Shown: piece after piece, positions 10,427 to 21,151 of the stretch
Numbering within the stretch: the first letter of the stretch is position 1
How the letters are laid out: each line of letters begins with the position of its first letter
NCBI GenBank assembly: GCA_964351625.1
Contig: CAYGOV010000017.1
Coordinates: forward strand, 4,054 to 68,053
Reading direction: 5' to 3'
DNA: 64,000 nt
DNA from: an uncultured Marinoscillum sp.
Lineage (GTDB): Bacteria > Bacteroidota > Bacteroidia > Cytophagales > Cyclobacteriaceae
The notes under the pieces: model-generated
What the model was told of the DNA's origin: nothing
What the model saw: the letters and a program-made list of their open reading frames with translations, nothing else
Database searches by the model: none
Position numbers and translations under genes: made by a program

Positions 10427-10464
10427 AGTACAGTCTCTAATTTTCTGGTAAATTTAGGCCAAAT

Positions 10465-11406
10465 ATGGACAAAACCCCGAACGACCCATTCAACACTTCT
10501 CAGGCTTATTCGCCATGGGTTCTCCTCTTAATTTTATCTGGATTTGTTATTATCGGCTTAATCCTCTTCTCACTATTGGGTCAGGGTATAATAATGGGCC
10601 TTTTTGACCTTAGTCTTGAAGAATCACTGGATATTCTAAGTCGTCCAGATTCATACAATAATTCAAAATTTCCATTGATGCTGCTTCAGGGAATTACTTC
10701 CATTGGCGCATTCATTTTAGTGCCATTACTTTTTGTCAAACTCAATATTAGTGATTCACTCATTTCATTCTTCAAATTACCAAATGATTCGCTGAGACCA
10801 ATTTTAATGACCATTGTTATACTGTTCTGCTTTATGGTGGCCAATAGTGTAGTCATCGAGTGGAATCAAAATCTTGTTATGCCGGAGTTTCTCTCAGGCT
10901 TTGAAGATTGGGCGCTGGCTAAAGAAGATCAACTTAAAGAACTAACAGTATTCCTAACTTCCTTTGACAATTTCGGAGAATATTTAATCGCTTTGGTCGT
11001 AATTGCTTTAGTGCCGGCTATTGGTGAAGAGTTGCTTTTTAGAGGATTGATCCAGAAACTTTTCGGAAGAGCATTGAAAAATCATCATTTAGCTATTTGG
11101 ATCTCAGCAATCATTTTTGGTGTTTTTCACATGCAATTTTATGGTGTGATTCCTAGGATATTTTTAGGGGCACTTTTTGGCTATCTCTATTATTGGTCGG
11201 GGCATCTATCCTTGGCTATGGTGGGGCATTTTATGAACAATGGACTCACACTTACACTCTTGTATTTCAGCCAACTCAAATTTTTAAGCTACGATATTAC
11301 AGATACTCAGTCCTCACCACCTATTTATGTAGTTGGGTTGTTTTTTGTTGCGGGAGCCATTTTGCTTTACCTTTTCAGAAATCTATTTTCACTAAAAAAT
11401 GCGTGA
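10465..11406 (+). CDS. CPBP/Abi family intramembrane metalloprotease
   Basis: EELLFRG, FGVFH and GHFMNN motifs in a multi-TM protein. Confidence 0.9.
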   Translation: MDKTPNDPFNTSQAYSPWVLLLILSGFVIIGLILFSLLGQGIIMGLFDLSLEESLDILSRPDSYNNSKFPLMLLQGITSIGAFILVPLLFVKLNISDSLISFFKLPNDSLRPILMTIVILFCFMVANSVVIEWNQNLVMPEFLSGFEDWALAKEDQLKELTVFLTSFDNFGEYLIALVVIALVPAIGEELLFRGLIQKLFGRALKNHHLAIWISAIIFGVFHMQFYGVIPRIFLGALFGYLYYWSGHLSLAMVGHFMNNGLTLTLLYFSQLKFLSYDITDTQSSPPIYVVGLFFVAGAILLYLFRNLFSLKNA

Positions 11407-11605
11407 CTGGCAAAAGGTTTATCAAGACTCTAATGAGCAGCGAGCAGAGATTGTGAAGTCTATTTTAGATGATATGGAAATGAACCCAGTTTTACTGAAT
11501 AAAAAAGATTCCGCTTATCAATTTGGAGCTTTTGAAGTACTGGTTCGTCCTGATTTTGTACTTAGGGCATTGAAAGTAATAAACGACGACATAAAGTTTG
11601 AATAA
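11399..11605 (+). CDS. Small conserved protein, DUF2007-like
   Basis: 68 aa; overlaps both neighbours (translational coupling); RAEIVKSILDD...NKKDSAY pattern. Confidence 0.65.
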   Translation: MRDWQKVYQDSNEQRAEIVKSILDDMEMNPVLLNKKDSAYQFGAFEVLVRPDFVLRALKVINDDIKFE

Positions 11606-12416
11606 ATTTTCCGGACTATATCAACGCATCATTTCAGCTGCAGCTGGAGCATCCATCATCATTACCTCGCTGGTTTTGAGTGAATGGAGTTACTTCATTG
11701 TATTCATGGCGATATGTTTACTAGCGCAGTGGGAGTTTTACAGACTCTTCAAACTCCAAAATTACTTGCCTATAAGGCTTTTAGGAATCCTCATTGGCAG
11801 CATTCTATTCACCCTTTCATTTCTTATTTCTAGAGGTACGCTTGACGCGAAATACTACTTTGCCTTGTTCCCAATGGCTTCACTTATATTTTTGGTGAAA
11901 CTGTATAAGAAAAACGACAACAACCCATTCCTGAGTATTGCATTATTTTATCTCGGACTAACCTATGTAGTGTTGCCATTTGCATTGATGAATGTCGTGG
12001 TTCATTATCATGGTGACTATAATTATGAGATCTTACTTGGTCTGATGTTGATTATTTGGGCGAGTGATACAGGAGCTTACTTCGCAGGTATCCGATTTGG
12101 GAAAAGAAAACTTTTTGAGCGAATCTCCCCTAAAAAATCATGGGAAGGTGCCATTGGAGGAGCACTGACTGCAGTAGCTTTTTCCGTGCTTATAAGTAGA
12201 TACAGCACTGGTCTTGCCATGTGGCAATGGGTATCTATCGCGCTCATCGTTGTAATCGCTGGCACTTATGGTGACCTAGTAGAATCCATGTTTAAAAGGA
12301 GTATTCAAATAAAAGACTCTGGCACCTCTATTCCCGGTCATGGAGGATTCTTAGATCGTTTTGATAGCCTGATTTTGGCCGTACCATTCATCGTGGTTTA
12401 CCTCAAACTTTTCTAG
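11598..12416 (+). CDS. cdsA: Phosphatidate cytidylyltransferase
   Basis: WASDTGAYFAG, SPKKSWEG and PGHGGFLDRFDS motifs. Confidence 0.95.
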   Translation: MNKFSGLYQRIISAAAGASIIITSLVLSEWSYFIVFMAICLLAQWEFYRLFKLQNYLPIRLLGILIGSILFTLSFLISRGTLDAKYYFALFPMASLIFLVKLYKKNDNNPFLSIALFYLGLTYVVLPFALMNVVVHYHGDYNYEILLGLMLIIWASDTGAYFAGIRFGKRKLFERISPKKSWEGAIGGALTAVAFSVLISRYSTGLAMWQWVSIALIVVIAGTYGDLVESMFKRSIQIKDSGTSIPGHGGFLDRFDSLILAVPFIVVYLKLF

Positions 12417-12435
12417 GTAATCGAGGGGAAAAACT

Positions 12436-12443
12436 TAGCTTTG
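12436..12443 (+). promoter_or_regulatory. Bacteroidota sigma-70 -7 element upstream of gdhA
   Basis: TAGCTTTG matches the TAnnTTTG consensus, about 40 bp before the ATG. Confidence 0.6.
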
Positions 12444-12484
12444 CAGCCAAATAAACAACAACCCCACAAAACCCTTAAACAAGT

Positions 12485-13759
12485 ATGGCGTACATTGAAC
12501 CGGCTCCAATAAAGGATAAGAGTAATCCTTTTGAGTCAATGATGTCAAGATTTAATATCGCGGCTCAACACCTTGGTCTCGAAGATGAAGTTTACAACGT
12601 TTTAAAATCCCCATCTAAGCAAGTTATCGTCACTTTACCCGTCACAATGGACAATGGTTCTATCCGGGTATTTGAAGGTTATCGAGTGATTCATTCGAAC
12701 ATTCTTGGCCCATCCAAAGGAGGCATCCGCTATGACATGGATGTACATCTGGACGAAGTGAAAGCGCTGGCTGCTTGGATGACTTGGAAATGTGCCGTAG
12801 TGGATATCCCTTACGGTGGCGCCAAAGGTGGTGTCAAATGCAATCCAAGGGAAATGTCAGCTGGAGAGATCGAAAGATTGACCAGGGCCTATACGCAATC
12901 AATGTTGGAAATATTCGGCCCTGATCGTGATATCCCCGCACCAGACATGGGAACAGGTCCTCGCGAAATGGCTTGGCTGATGGATCAATACTCTCGCTCA
13001 CAAGGTATGACGGTAAACTCCGTAGTGACAGGTAAGCCATTAGTTTTGGGTGGTTCACTTGGAAGAACTGAGGCTACCGGCCGTGGTGTGATGATCTCCG
13101 CACTTGCAGCAATGGAGAAACTAAAAATCAATCCTTTCAGAGCTACTTGCGCTGTACAAGGCTTTGGGAACGTAGGTTCTTGGGCAGCGCTTTTACTTGC
13201 TGAAAGAGGTGTGACCGTAGTGAGTGTTTCCGATCTATCTGGAGCTTATTACAATAAAGAAGGAATCAACATCAAAGAGTCGATCGATTACAGAAATGCT
13301 AATAATGGATCACTTGAAGGATTTACTGGAGCAGAAAAAATCGATCCAGCAGAATTATTACTTTTGGATGTAGATGTTCTTGTGCCTGCAGCCATAGAAG
13401 ATGTAATCACGGAAGAGAATGCTTCTAAAATTAAAGCGAAACTAATAGTAGAAGGAGCCAATGGTCCTACCTCCGCTAAGGCTGACGCCATTTTGAATGA
13501 AAAAGGAATCATGGCTGTGCCAGACATCCTTGCCAACGCTGGTGGTGTAACTGTAAGTTATTTTGAGTGGGTACAAAACAGGCTAGGCTATAAGTGGACT
13601 GCTGAGCGTGTCAACAGAAGATCAGACCGTATCATGAAAACAGCTTTTGATAAGGTGTATGAAACAGCTCAGCAATATGATGTATCATTACGGATTGCCG
13701 CATATATTGTGGCTATAGATAAAGTAGCTAAGACCTATAAATTTAGAGGGGGTTTCTAA
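12485..13759 (+). CDS. gdhA: Glu/Leu/Phe/Val dehydrogenase, probably glutamate dehydrogenase
   Basis: GPSKGGIRY, GGAKGG, DIPAPD, QGFGNVG and EGANGP motifs. Confidence 0.93.
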   Translation: MAYIEPAPIKDKSNPFESMMSRFNIAAQHLGLEDEVYNVLKSPSKQVIVTLPVTMDNGSIRVFEGYRVIHSNILGPSKGGIRYDMDVHLDEVKALAAWMTWKCAVVDIPYGGAKGGVKCNPREMSAGEIERLTRAYTQSMLEIFGPDRDIPAPDMGTGPREMAWLMDQYSRSQGMTVNSVVTGKPLVLGGSLGRTEATGRGVMISALAAMEKLKINPFRATCAVQGFGNVGSWAALLLAERGVTVVSVSDLSGAYYNKEGINIKESIDYRNANNGSLEGFTGAEKIDPAELLLLDVDVLVPAAIEDVITEENASKIKAKLIVEGANGPTSAKADAILNEKGIMAVPDILANAGGVTVSYFEWVQNRLGYKWTAERVNRRSDRIMKTAFDKVYETAQQYDVSLRIAAYIVAIDKVAKTYKFRGGF

Positions 13760-14415
13760 TGAATATACACAAAGAAGGAATCAAGATCATACCTATTGCA
13801 GCCCTCATACTCGGGCTGCTCTATGCTCTTTTGTTTTGGCTTTTGCCATTTCTAATAATCCAAGCTATACTTGGCGCAGCTGCGTTTGTCATGCTGGTAT
13901 TGATTATCAGATTCTTTCGGGATCCAGAGTTTCCTATTGAAAAAAACGCCAACCAAATCATAGCTCCTGCTGATGGTAAAGTGGTAGTGATAGAGGAAAC
14001 CATGGAGGATGAATATTTAAAGGAAAAAAGGATTCAAGTTTCTATTTTCATGTCACCACTCAACGTGCACGTGACACGCAATCCGATAGAAGGCATTGTA
14101 TCTTATTTCAAATATCATCCCGGTAAATTTTTAGTTGCTTGGCATCCGAAATCTAGCACGGAAAACGAAAGAACATCAATCGGCCTAAAGCTGCCTACGG
14201 GAGTAGAAATACTAATACGACAAGTAGCTGGAGCTGTGGCACGCAGAATTTGCTTCTATGCAAAAAAAGGTGACTTTGCAGAGCAAGGTCAGAAATTTGG
14301 ATTCATCCGCTTCGGTAGTCGTATTGATCTTTACCTTCCACTTGATGCTAAAATAAAAGTAAAAATTGGGGATATTTCCTATGGCGGAAAAACAGTGATT
14401 GCTGAGTTGAAATAA
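13759..14415 (+). CDS. psd: Phosphatidylserine decarboxylase proenzyme (short type)
   Basis: FFRDP, IFMSPLNVH and FGSRIDL autocleavage motif. Confidence 0.93.
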   Translation: MNIHKEGIKIIPIAALILGLLYALLFWLLPFLIIQAILGAAAFVMLVLIIRFFRDPEFPIEKNANQIIAPADGKVVVIEETMEDEYLKEKRIQVSIFMSPLNVHVTRNPIEGIVSYFKYHPGKFLVAWHPKSSTENERTSIGLKLPTGVEILIRQVAGAVARRICFYAKKGDFAEQGQKFGFIRFGSRIDLYLPLDAKIKVKIGDISYGGKTVIAELK

Positions 14416-14438
14416 TCATTAATCCATAAGAATTTTTT

Positions 14439-14480
14439 AAAGGCGGTCTCAAAAGCTAAAGCAATGAGGCCGCCTTTTTA
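14439..14480 (+). terminator. Intrinsic terminator after psd
   Basis: Stem AAGGCGGTCTCA/TGAGGCCGCCTT (one G-U pair), followed by a T run; T run also present upstream. Confidence 0.75.
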
Positions 14481-14514
14481 TTGCCTTGACTTAAATTGAT
14501 CTAAAATTCATTAA

Positions 14515-15009
14515 TTGATGTCTACTACTAACTACGCAGGATTTTGGCTTAGGCTTGCAGCATATATCCTAGATTATTTTATTATTCAGATTCTTCAATC
14601 AATCGTCATATTACCTCTATTGACACTTATGGGTTTTGATTTGCTCAAAAACTCAGAAGAAATAGATCTAGAGTGGTTGTCACAAGCTGAGCCTGCCGTA
14701 GCCCTCAATGTAATGATCAACAATATAGGTGAATTGATGATATTGGGCTTGGTGATAACACTCCTTTACTACGCATTCATGGAGTCCAGTAAGTACAAAG
14801 CTACTATTGGCAAAATGGTCCTAAGACTTGAAGTCACCGACTTGAATGGCATTCCGCTAAATCTTGGATTGGCCTTGATAAGAAATTTTTCGAAGCTCTT
14901 TTCTACACTATTCTTTCTAATAGGCTACTTGCTAATTGGACTAACGCCAAAAAAGCAAGGCTTGCATGATATGATGGCCAACACCTTGGTGTTGAGGAAG
15001 GAAGATTAG
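14515..15009 (+). CDS. RDD family membrane protein
   Basis: YAGFWLRLAAYILD N-terminus; QGLHDMMANT C-terminus. Confidence 0.9.
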   Translation: MMSTTNYAGFWLRLAAYILDYFIIQILQSIVILPLLTLMGFDLLKNSEEIDLEWLSQAEPAVALNVMINNIGELMILGLVITLLYYAFMESSKYKATIGKMVLRLEVTDLNGIPLNLGLALIRNFSKLFSTLFFLIGYLLIGLTPKKQGLHDMMANTLVLRKED

Positions 15010-15479
15010 AAAAGATCTAAAACTTTTTCTAAATATTCTTGATCTACTGCATCGAAGGTGTCCAAGGCACTACTGTCAATATCAAGCACCGCAATCAATT
15101 CTCCGTTAGCTGATCGAACTGGCAATACTATTTCTGACCTTGAATCAGAACTGCAAGCAATATGCCCCGGGAAAGCATCCACGTCAGGCACGATGATGGT
15201 CTTTCCTTGCTCGAATACGGCACCACAAACACCTTTACCTTTTTTGATACGCGTGCAGGCTATAGGCCCTTGAAATGGCCCCAATACCAACTCATCACCT
15301 TCCACCAGATAAAAGCCTATCCACAAATGACCAAAAGCAGCCTTTAGGGCAGCAGAAATATTGGCGAGATTGGCGATAAGATTGAGCTCACCTGAAATCA
15401 ATCCTTTGATTTGAGGAATCAGCGATTCATATTGTTGTCGCTTGTCTGTGGTTGATAGTATGAATAGCTCCTCTGCCAT
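15006..15479 (-). CDS. msrC: GAF-domain protein, free methionine-(R)-sulfoxide reductase MsrC-like
   Basis: WIGFY, LGPFQGPIAC, GKGVCG, HIACSSDSRSEIV and VLDIDS motifs. Confidence 0.85.
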   Translation of the reverse strand: MAEELFILSTTDKRQQYESLIPQIKGLISGELNLIANLANISAALKAAFGHLWIGFYLVEGDELVLGPFQGPIACTRIKKGKGVCGAVFEQGKTIIVPDVDAFPGHIACSSDSRSEIVLPVRSANGELIAVLDIDSSALDTFDAVDQEYLEKVLDLF

Positions 15480-15481
15480 GA

Positions 15482-16501
15482 TTAATTGTTTAAATAGGTT
15501 TCTAATAAGTCTCCATTTACGATCTCTGAGTGCACAAGTTGCCCCGCTATTTTAGGGGCTTGGATTCCAGAGTCAAATGTAACGGGCGCGGTGAATTTTC
15601 GGGCTTCATCCCATAAGCCCGCATCAATGAATGAACGAAGCACTTGAGCTCCACCCTCTATGATGATCGACTGAATACCTTTTTCGTAAAGAGCAGACAA
15701 TATCGTCAATGGTGTGATTTCAGAGAGCCTAATAAATTCCAGGATGTCCTTTGATTTTTTTTCCACGGAAGTGAAGCATATCGTCGAAACTTCCTCGTCA
15801 AAAAGATGCAAGTTACCATCCAATTTCCCTTCGCGATCTATGACTACTCTCACAGGATTTTTACCCTCCCAGTCCCTCACCGTAAGTGTCGGATTGTCAT
15901 ATTGAGCAGTCTTTGCACCTACTAAGATAGCTGCCTCCTCAGACCGCCATTTGTGTACCAACTGCCGTGATCGGTTATTACTGATCCACTTGCTGTCAAA
16001 ATTTTCCCGAGCTACAAATCCGTCCTGAGTCTGAGCCCATTTCAAAATAACATAAGGTCTTTTCTTTCCATGAAAAGTGAAAAATCGTTTATTCAGCTTG
16101 CTCCCCTCCTCCGACAATAAATTTTCTAGAACTTCTATTCCCGCATTTCTAAGTTTGGCAATTCCTCTGCCCGAAACTTCTGGAAACGGGTCTTGATTGC
16201 AAATGATCACTCTTTTCACCTTCTTTTCTATAAGCAAATCAGCACAAGGTGGTGTTTTACCAAAATGCGAACAAGGCTCCAAAGTGACATAAATATCGCT
16301 TTGTGTCAAAAGCTGCTTTTCCACTACTGTGTTTATTGCATTCACTTCCGCATGCGGTCCACCATTAGTGTGATGATAGCCTTCCCCGATGATCTTGCCT
16401 TCATGCACTATTACACAACCCACCATAGGGTTTGGTGCTACGCTTCCTTGGCCTTTTTTGGCAAGCTCAAGGGCACGATGCATGAAACGCTCTTCGATCA
16501 T
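15482..16501 (-). CDS. ribD: Riboflavin biosynthesis deaminase/reductase RibD
   Basis: PNPMVG, HAE, TLEPCSHFGKTPPC and IEGG motifs. Likely start MIEERF at 16501 (ORF track extends to 16528). Confidence 0.95.
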   Translation of the reverse strand: MIEERFMHRALELAKKGQGSVAPNPMVGCVIVHEGKIIGEGYHHTNGGPHAEVNAINTVVEKQLLTQSDIYVTLEPCSHFGKTPPCADLLIEKKVKRVIICNQDPFPEVSGRGIAKLRNAGIEVLENLLSEEGSKLNKRFFTFHGKKRPYVILKWAQTQDGFVARENFDSKWISNNRSRQLVHKWRSEEAAILVGAKTAQYDNPTLTVRDWEGKNPVRVVIDREGKLDGNLHLFDEEVSTICFTSVEKKSKDILEFIRLSEITPLTILSALYEKGIQSIIIEGGAQVLRSFIDAGLWDEARKFTAPVTFDSGIQAPKIAGQLVHSEIVNGDLLETYLNN

Positions 16502-16519
16502 ATTTGGTAACTTCGATTT

Positions 16520-17377
16520 GTGGATCAAAAATTAAGCGCAATTTATAAAGAAACCTTTGGGGCGCTAAGCACTATTTATAAATTGGATGAGTCGGCGGCT
16601 CTTGCCAATCGTTTTTTTGAAGATGCATTAGATATATCCAAAATTCAGCGGCTCACCTCCTCAGATATTGAACTGACTGAAAGCCAAATCGAAAAGTATA
16701 AAGCACTCTTTCCAAGATTGCTAAATGGTGAACCAATCCAGCATATTCTGGGATTTGCATTTTTCTTTGGGAATAAATTTCGGGTGACGCCTGATACGTT
16801 GGTTCCACGCCAAGAAACAGAAGAGCTCGTAGAATTAATTGCAAGAAACTACACTCAAAGTAGCGAACTCACTATTCTCGACATTGGCACGGGGACTGGC
16901 TGTATCGCTATCAGTTTGGCACTAGAGCTCAAGAAGGCAATAGTTGTCGGTTGGGATATAAGTCCTGCAGCAGTTGAACTTGCAAAGCTGAATGCTGAAA
17001 ACCTTCATGCCCATGCGAAATTTGAGGTTCATGATGTTTTATCAGAAGCACCAGCAGAGTCTTTTGATATCATCGTAAGCAATCCCCCCTATATCCCAAA
17101 TAGAGAGCGAGCCCAAATGGAAAAAAATGTGTTGGATTTCGACCCTAGTCTTGCATTATTCGTCCCGGATGAGAATCCCTTGATTTTCTATGAAAGAATC
17201 GCCTCAATTGCCTCATCAAAACTGAATGACTCAGGAAGTCTCTATTTTGAGATTCACGAGGATTTTGGACAAGAAGTCTGTGAAATGCTAAGAGCTAAAA
17301 AATACACTCAAGTTAGTTTGTATCAAGATCTGAACGGAAAAGACAGAATGGTATCGGCTACCAAGCCTCCTCAATAA
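16520..17377 (+). CDS. prmC: Release factor glutamine methyltransferase
   Basis: PRQETEELV, LDIGTGTGCI and SNPPY motifs. Confidence 0.94.
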   Translation: MDQKLSAIYKETFGALSTIYKLDESAALANRFFEDALDISKIQRLTSSDIELTESQIEKYKALFPRLLNGEPIQHILGFAFFFGNKFRVTPDTLVPRQETEELVELIARNYTQSSELTILDIGTGTGCIAISLALELKKAIVVGWDISPAAVELAKLNAENLHAHAKFEVHDVLSEAPAESFDIIVSNPPYIPNRERAQMEKNVLDFDPSLALFVPDENPLIFYERIASIASSKLNDSGSLYFEIHEDFGQEVCEMLRAKKYTQVSLYQDLNGKDRMVSATKPPQ

Positions 17378-17987
17378 TAAATGGAATACGGTCACTCTGG
17401 ATAATTAATTCTCCATCTATGGTCTTGCGAAATTGCTGGTGATGATCCGAAGTGTTAATCATTTCGATTCCTACGCCTGAAAGCTTCCAATTCGTGATTT
17501 CAGATATTGACCTTACCTCAAAAGTCGTCCCTTTTGGCACCCATTTACTGAACTCTGTTTGATTAAAAACTATCGCCCTAGTCTTCTCTGTAAGTATGGT
17601 GAATTCTATAAATTCCAACCACTTCTCAAGGCGCAATACTACCTCGGGCAGTGATGCTTGACTCGACAGAATATTTACACTTTTGTGATCATTTTTTTGA
17701 AGCAAGGTCAGCCCATCATCTAAAAAATCCGCCTCAGCTAATGCAATGATCTTCACTGGTTGTTGCTCTCTGAGCACACTCCACCATGCTTCATAATTAG
17801 CACTATTTATCAATGCCACATCCACTTTGTGACCCTTAGAAAGGTATAAATTCAAAGCTTGCTCACAACAAACAACAGTTGGAGACCATTCTAACAGTGA
17901 ATGCAGTACTTCAGTTGGGATTGCTTCCAAGTCACAAATAAGAAGTGCTGGCTCTTGTTCATCACGAACTATGTGGTGAGAAGACAT
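17358..17987 (-). CDS. Thiamine pyrophosphokinase-like protein
   Basis: MSSHHIVRDEQEPALLI...LLEWSPTVV N-terminus, recalled as typical of Bacteroidota thiamine diphosphokinase-like proteins. Lies next to a TPP-riboswitch cluster. Confidence 0.6.
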   Translation of the reverse strand: MSSHHIVRDEQEPALLICDLEAIPTEVLHSLLEWSPTVVCCEQALNLYLSKGHKVDVALINSANYEAWWSVLREQQPVKIIALAEADFLDDGLTLLQKNDHKSVNILSSQASLPEVVLRLEKWLEFIEFTILTEKTRAIVFNQTEFSKWVPKGTTFEVRSISEITNWKLSGVGIEMINTSDHHQQFRKTIDGELIIQSDRIPFIIEEAW

Positions 17988-18058
17988 TGTTTTTCAGCGT
18001 TTTGGAATTAAATTCAAAGTAATTAAATCAATTTATAGCCTGAAATAGTTAGTGATTT

Positions 18059-18628
18059 ATGAAATCATGCACATTAATAATTTTAGCCACTTTACTCTTC
18101 GGCTGCATCGCTGAGAGAGAATTTGTACTTGAGTCAGATTATAGTTACCGGGGTAAGTTTAAAAAATACAATTCCTTCGACTTTTTGAATTTGGGAGACA
18201 CGGTGAATTACAATGGTCTCAGTGATGGAATGATCAAACATGAAATAGAGAGAAGGCTTGTATCTCAAGGATATAAACGGTCCGAAAAACCTTCACTGTA
18301 TATCGCTTATAAAGTCTTCGATGCTTCATTGTCTATGAGAGGTTATGACCAAATGGAACTTGAAAGTTGGGATCAACAGTATGGAGATTATTCAGAAAAT
18401 GAAGATGTTTGGAAAAATAACGAAGCAGCCAATTACGTAGGTAAAAATTACCAAATGGAAAAGGGCACATTGCTGATAGACTTCATTGACAGCAAAACGA
18501 ACGGAGTAATTTGGCAAGGTTACGTAAGTGGCCTGTTCAATGAACAGGTGCACTTTAGTAAAGATGTTCGTTACTCCGTCCGTAGTATTCTCAATCAATA
18601 TCGAATACTAGCTGCAAATTATAAATAA
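18059..18628 (+). CDS. DUF4136-like lipoprotein
   Basis: Lipobox LFGC; GTLLIDFIDSKTNGVIWQG motif. Confidence 0.75.
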   Translation: MKSCTLIILATLLFGCIAEREFVLESDYSYRGKFKKYNSFDFLNLGDTVNYNGLSDGMIKHEIERRLVSQGYKRSEKPSLYIAYKVFDASLSMRGYDQMELESWDQQYGDYSENEDVWKNNEAANYVGKNYQMEKGTLLIDFIDSKTNGVIWQGYVSGLFNEQVHFSKDVRYSVRSILNQYRILAANYK

Positions 18629-18636
18629 CCTACTGA

Positions 18637-21087
18637 CTAAAATTTTAAGCCGAGCGAAAGCATGAAGTTTCTACCAGCTTGTGGATAGTAATAATTTTCT
18701 CTGACCACATAGTCACCACCAGAATACCCGAAAGTGTAGCCATTGGATGAGTACAGTTGATTAAACAGATTGTTTACCATAAGAGATAACCTGAGCTCTT
18801 TGAACATATCATTCGATATGATAAAATCAGCCTTTAGATCATTGAAAAAATAAGCATCTATTTTTCGATTATCAATGGATGTATTGTCCAAGAATTGCTC
18901 ACCTACATACTTTCCGTAAAGGGTAAAATACAAAATATCAAGAGGGGAAAAAGTCAGCTGTCCACCTGCTATTACCTCTGGAGAAAATGAAATGTTAGTG
19001 TCCTTATAAGGCGTCTCAACTATATTGTACTCATCAAATGCAGGACCATAATCGTATAGTGTTTCCGTATAGCTAGCTATTTTGTTTCTACTCAAAGTCA
19101 AATTACCACCCAAGGAAAGTTGGTCACTTAAAGTATATGCGCCTACTAACTCAATACCTGTTCTGTAACTATCAGGCACATTTACACGAATGGAAGAGCC
19201 TACATCGTTCACGGCCCCTGTCAGTACCAATTGGTTCTGATAATTCATGAGATAATAGTTGGCATGAAACATATAATTCGCCGCATTCTTTCTGAAGCCA
19301 ATTTCGAGATTGTGAAGTGTTTCATGAAATGGCGTTTTGCCGACCTCTGCATCTATGAAATCCCCTCTTACTGGTTCTCGATTGCCTACTGCGAATGAAA
19401 CGTAGATATTTTCATATTTACTGAATGCATAGGTAGCCCCCACTTTTGGGTTGAAAAAAGTAAAATTCGAGGCTACGTCAATGTCTCGTTGATCATTATC
19501 CACTCCTCTTGCACGATAGTCTATCGTACGAATCTGCGCGTCACCAAATACAGATAACTTTTGTGACAATTGATACTGCGTTTTCAAGAAAATGTTAAAA
19601 TCTGTTTTCAACCCATTGTTGTCATAATATCGGTCTCTAATACTGCCATTGGAAGCAAACTGAGACCAGATTATTTCACCAAAGTGATCGCCATCATATC
19701 TATTCCACCCTCCACCGAGCGTTCCTTTTAGCTTACCGGTTTCATAGTTTGCTGAGAAAGTGAAGCCATAAAAATGGTTGTCCAACCATCTACGTCTGAT
19801 TAGATCTGTTGAGGTAATTGTGTCTTCGCCAATTACAACATCATTTAGATTGTAATCTTCAAGATCATCTTGTTCACGAAATTGCTCATAATAGCCTCTT
19901 CCGTAGGTATAATGACCAGATGCTGCTAATTGCAATCCTTCAAACACCTCATGGCTAACATGAAGCTGGTAGTGATCCTGCTGATAATTGTCTACTTCAT
20001 TGTCGTACAGATAGTAATTGAAGGTCCTCCCAGAGCTTAACAAATTAGCAGTTTGCTCTTCGGAGTAGCCATTATTGGCTATGACTTCATTCATGCCATC
20101 CGCGTCATTTTCTAATCGAGACTGGGGTGTGCCCCACCAAGATTGATAGGTGACTTCCTTGCCTCCAAAAGTTAATGCTTTGATCACCGTTTTCTTTCCA
20201 TAATATCCACCTGATAAGAAATATGACTTCAAGTCGGAACTAGCACGATCTATAAATCCATCAGAAGCAATATTTGATAACCTACCTTGAAAGGCAAAAC
20301 GATCGTTGATCAAACCTGAATTGATCTCCACAGTATGTTTTCTGGTGTTGAATGAACCAAAGCTGTTATTCACTTCGGCATAGGGTTCTATGCTTGGCAT
20401 GTCTGTCTGCATGTTCATAGAAGCGCCAAATGCCGCAGTGCCATTTGTTGAGGTTCCTACACCGCGCTGAATCTGGATATTATCAACTGAAGAAGCGAAA
20501 TCCGGCATGTTGACCCAAAACACCCCATGTGACTCTGAATCATTGATTGGAACACCATTTACCGTCACATTGATACGAGTTGGGTCACTTCCTCTAATTC
20601 TAACTCCTGTATAGCCAATCCCATTACCCGCATCAGAGGTTACCACCATAGAAGGTGTGTATTGAAGCATGAAGGGAATGTCCTGGCCATTGTTCCTCTC
20701 GGCAATCTCTTTGCTGTCAATAGATGTGAAAGTGGTAGGAGACTCCTCTGAAGCTCTCGTGGCATAGACAAAGACCGCATCGCCTTGCAAGACACTTTCC
20801 TTAAGCTCCAGATTCCAAACGTGATTGTCAATAATGGAAATGGATTTCTCCAGTGTCTCAAATCCAACATAAGACACTTTGAGTAAATAGTCGCCTGCTG
20901 GAATTGATTGAATTTTGTACCTTCCGTCAATATCAGATATTGAATTGTGCTTTGTGGATTTTAATTGAATGGTGGCTCCAGGAAGTGGGTCACCCTTTTG
21001 ACTGACGATTTGACCTTCCAATACAAATTGTGATGTGGCTGGTAATAGCAGTGCCAGCCAAAGCATCGAAACGATTACGAATTTCAT
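18637..21087 (-). CDS. TonB-dependent receptor, probably for thiamine
   Basis: Signal peptide, CarboxypepD-like N-domain, plug (RINVTVNGVP) and C-terminal barrel motif YYPQAGRNFMLSLGLKF. Directly downstream of a TPP riboswitch. Confidence 0.9.
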   Translation of the reverse strand: MKFVIVSMLWLALLLPATSQFVLEGQIVSQKGDPLPGATIQLKSTKHNSISDIDGRYKIQSIPAGDYLLKVSYVGFETLEKSISIIDNHVWNLELKESVLQGDAVFVYATRASEESPTTFTSIDSKEIAERNNGQDIPFMLQYTPSMVVTSDAGNGIGYTGVRIRGSDPTRINVTVNGVPINDSESHGVFWVNMPDFASSVDNIQIQRGVGTSTNGTAAFGASMNMQTDMPSIEPYAEVNNSFGSFNTRKHTVEINSGLINDRFAFQGRLSNIASDGFIDRASSDLKSYFLSGGYYGKKTVIKALTFGGKEVTYQSWWGTPQSRLENDADGMNEVIANNGYSEEQTANLLSSGRTFNYYLYDNEVDNYQQDHYQLHVSHEVFEGLQLAASGHYTYGRGYYEQFREQDDLEDYNLNDVVIGEDTITSTDLIRRRWLDNHFYGFTFSANYETGKLKGTLGGGWNRYDGDHFGEIIWSQFASNGSIRDRYYDNNGLKTDFNIFLKTQYQLSQKLSVFGDAQIRTIDYRARGVDNDQRDIDVASNFTFFNPKVGATYAFSKYENIYVSFAVGNREPVRGDFIDAEVGKTPFHETLHNLEIGFRKNAANYMFHANYYLMNYQNQLVLTGAVNDVGSSIRVNVPDSYRTGIELVGAYTLSDQLSLGGNLTLSRNKIASYTETLYDYGPAFDEYNIVETPYKDTNISFSPEVIAGGQLTFSPLDILYFTLYGKYVGEQFLDNTSIDNRKIDAYFFNDLKADFIISNDMFKELRLSLMVNNLFNQLYSSNGYTFGYSGGDYVVRENYYYPQAGRNFMLSLGLKF

Positions 21088-21151
21088 TTTTGTTTGAATA
21101 AATAAATTAAACCATACGGAAAGTGGGGACTCCCCAACTGGTTTTTATCAT

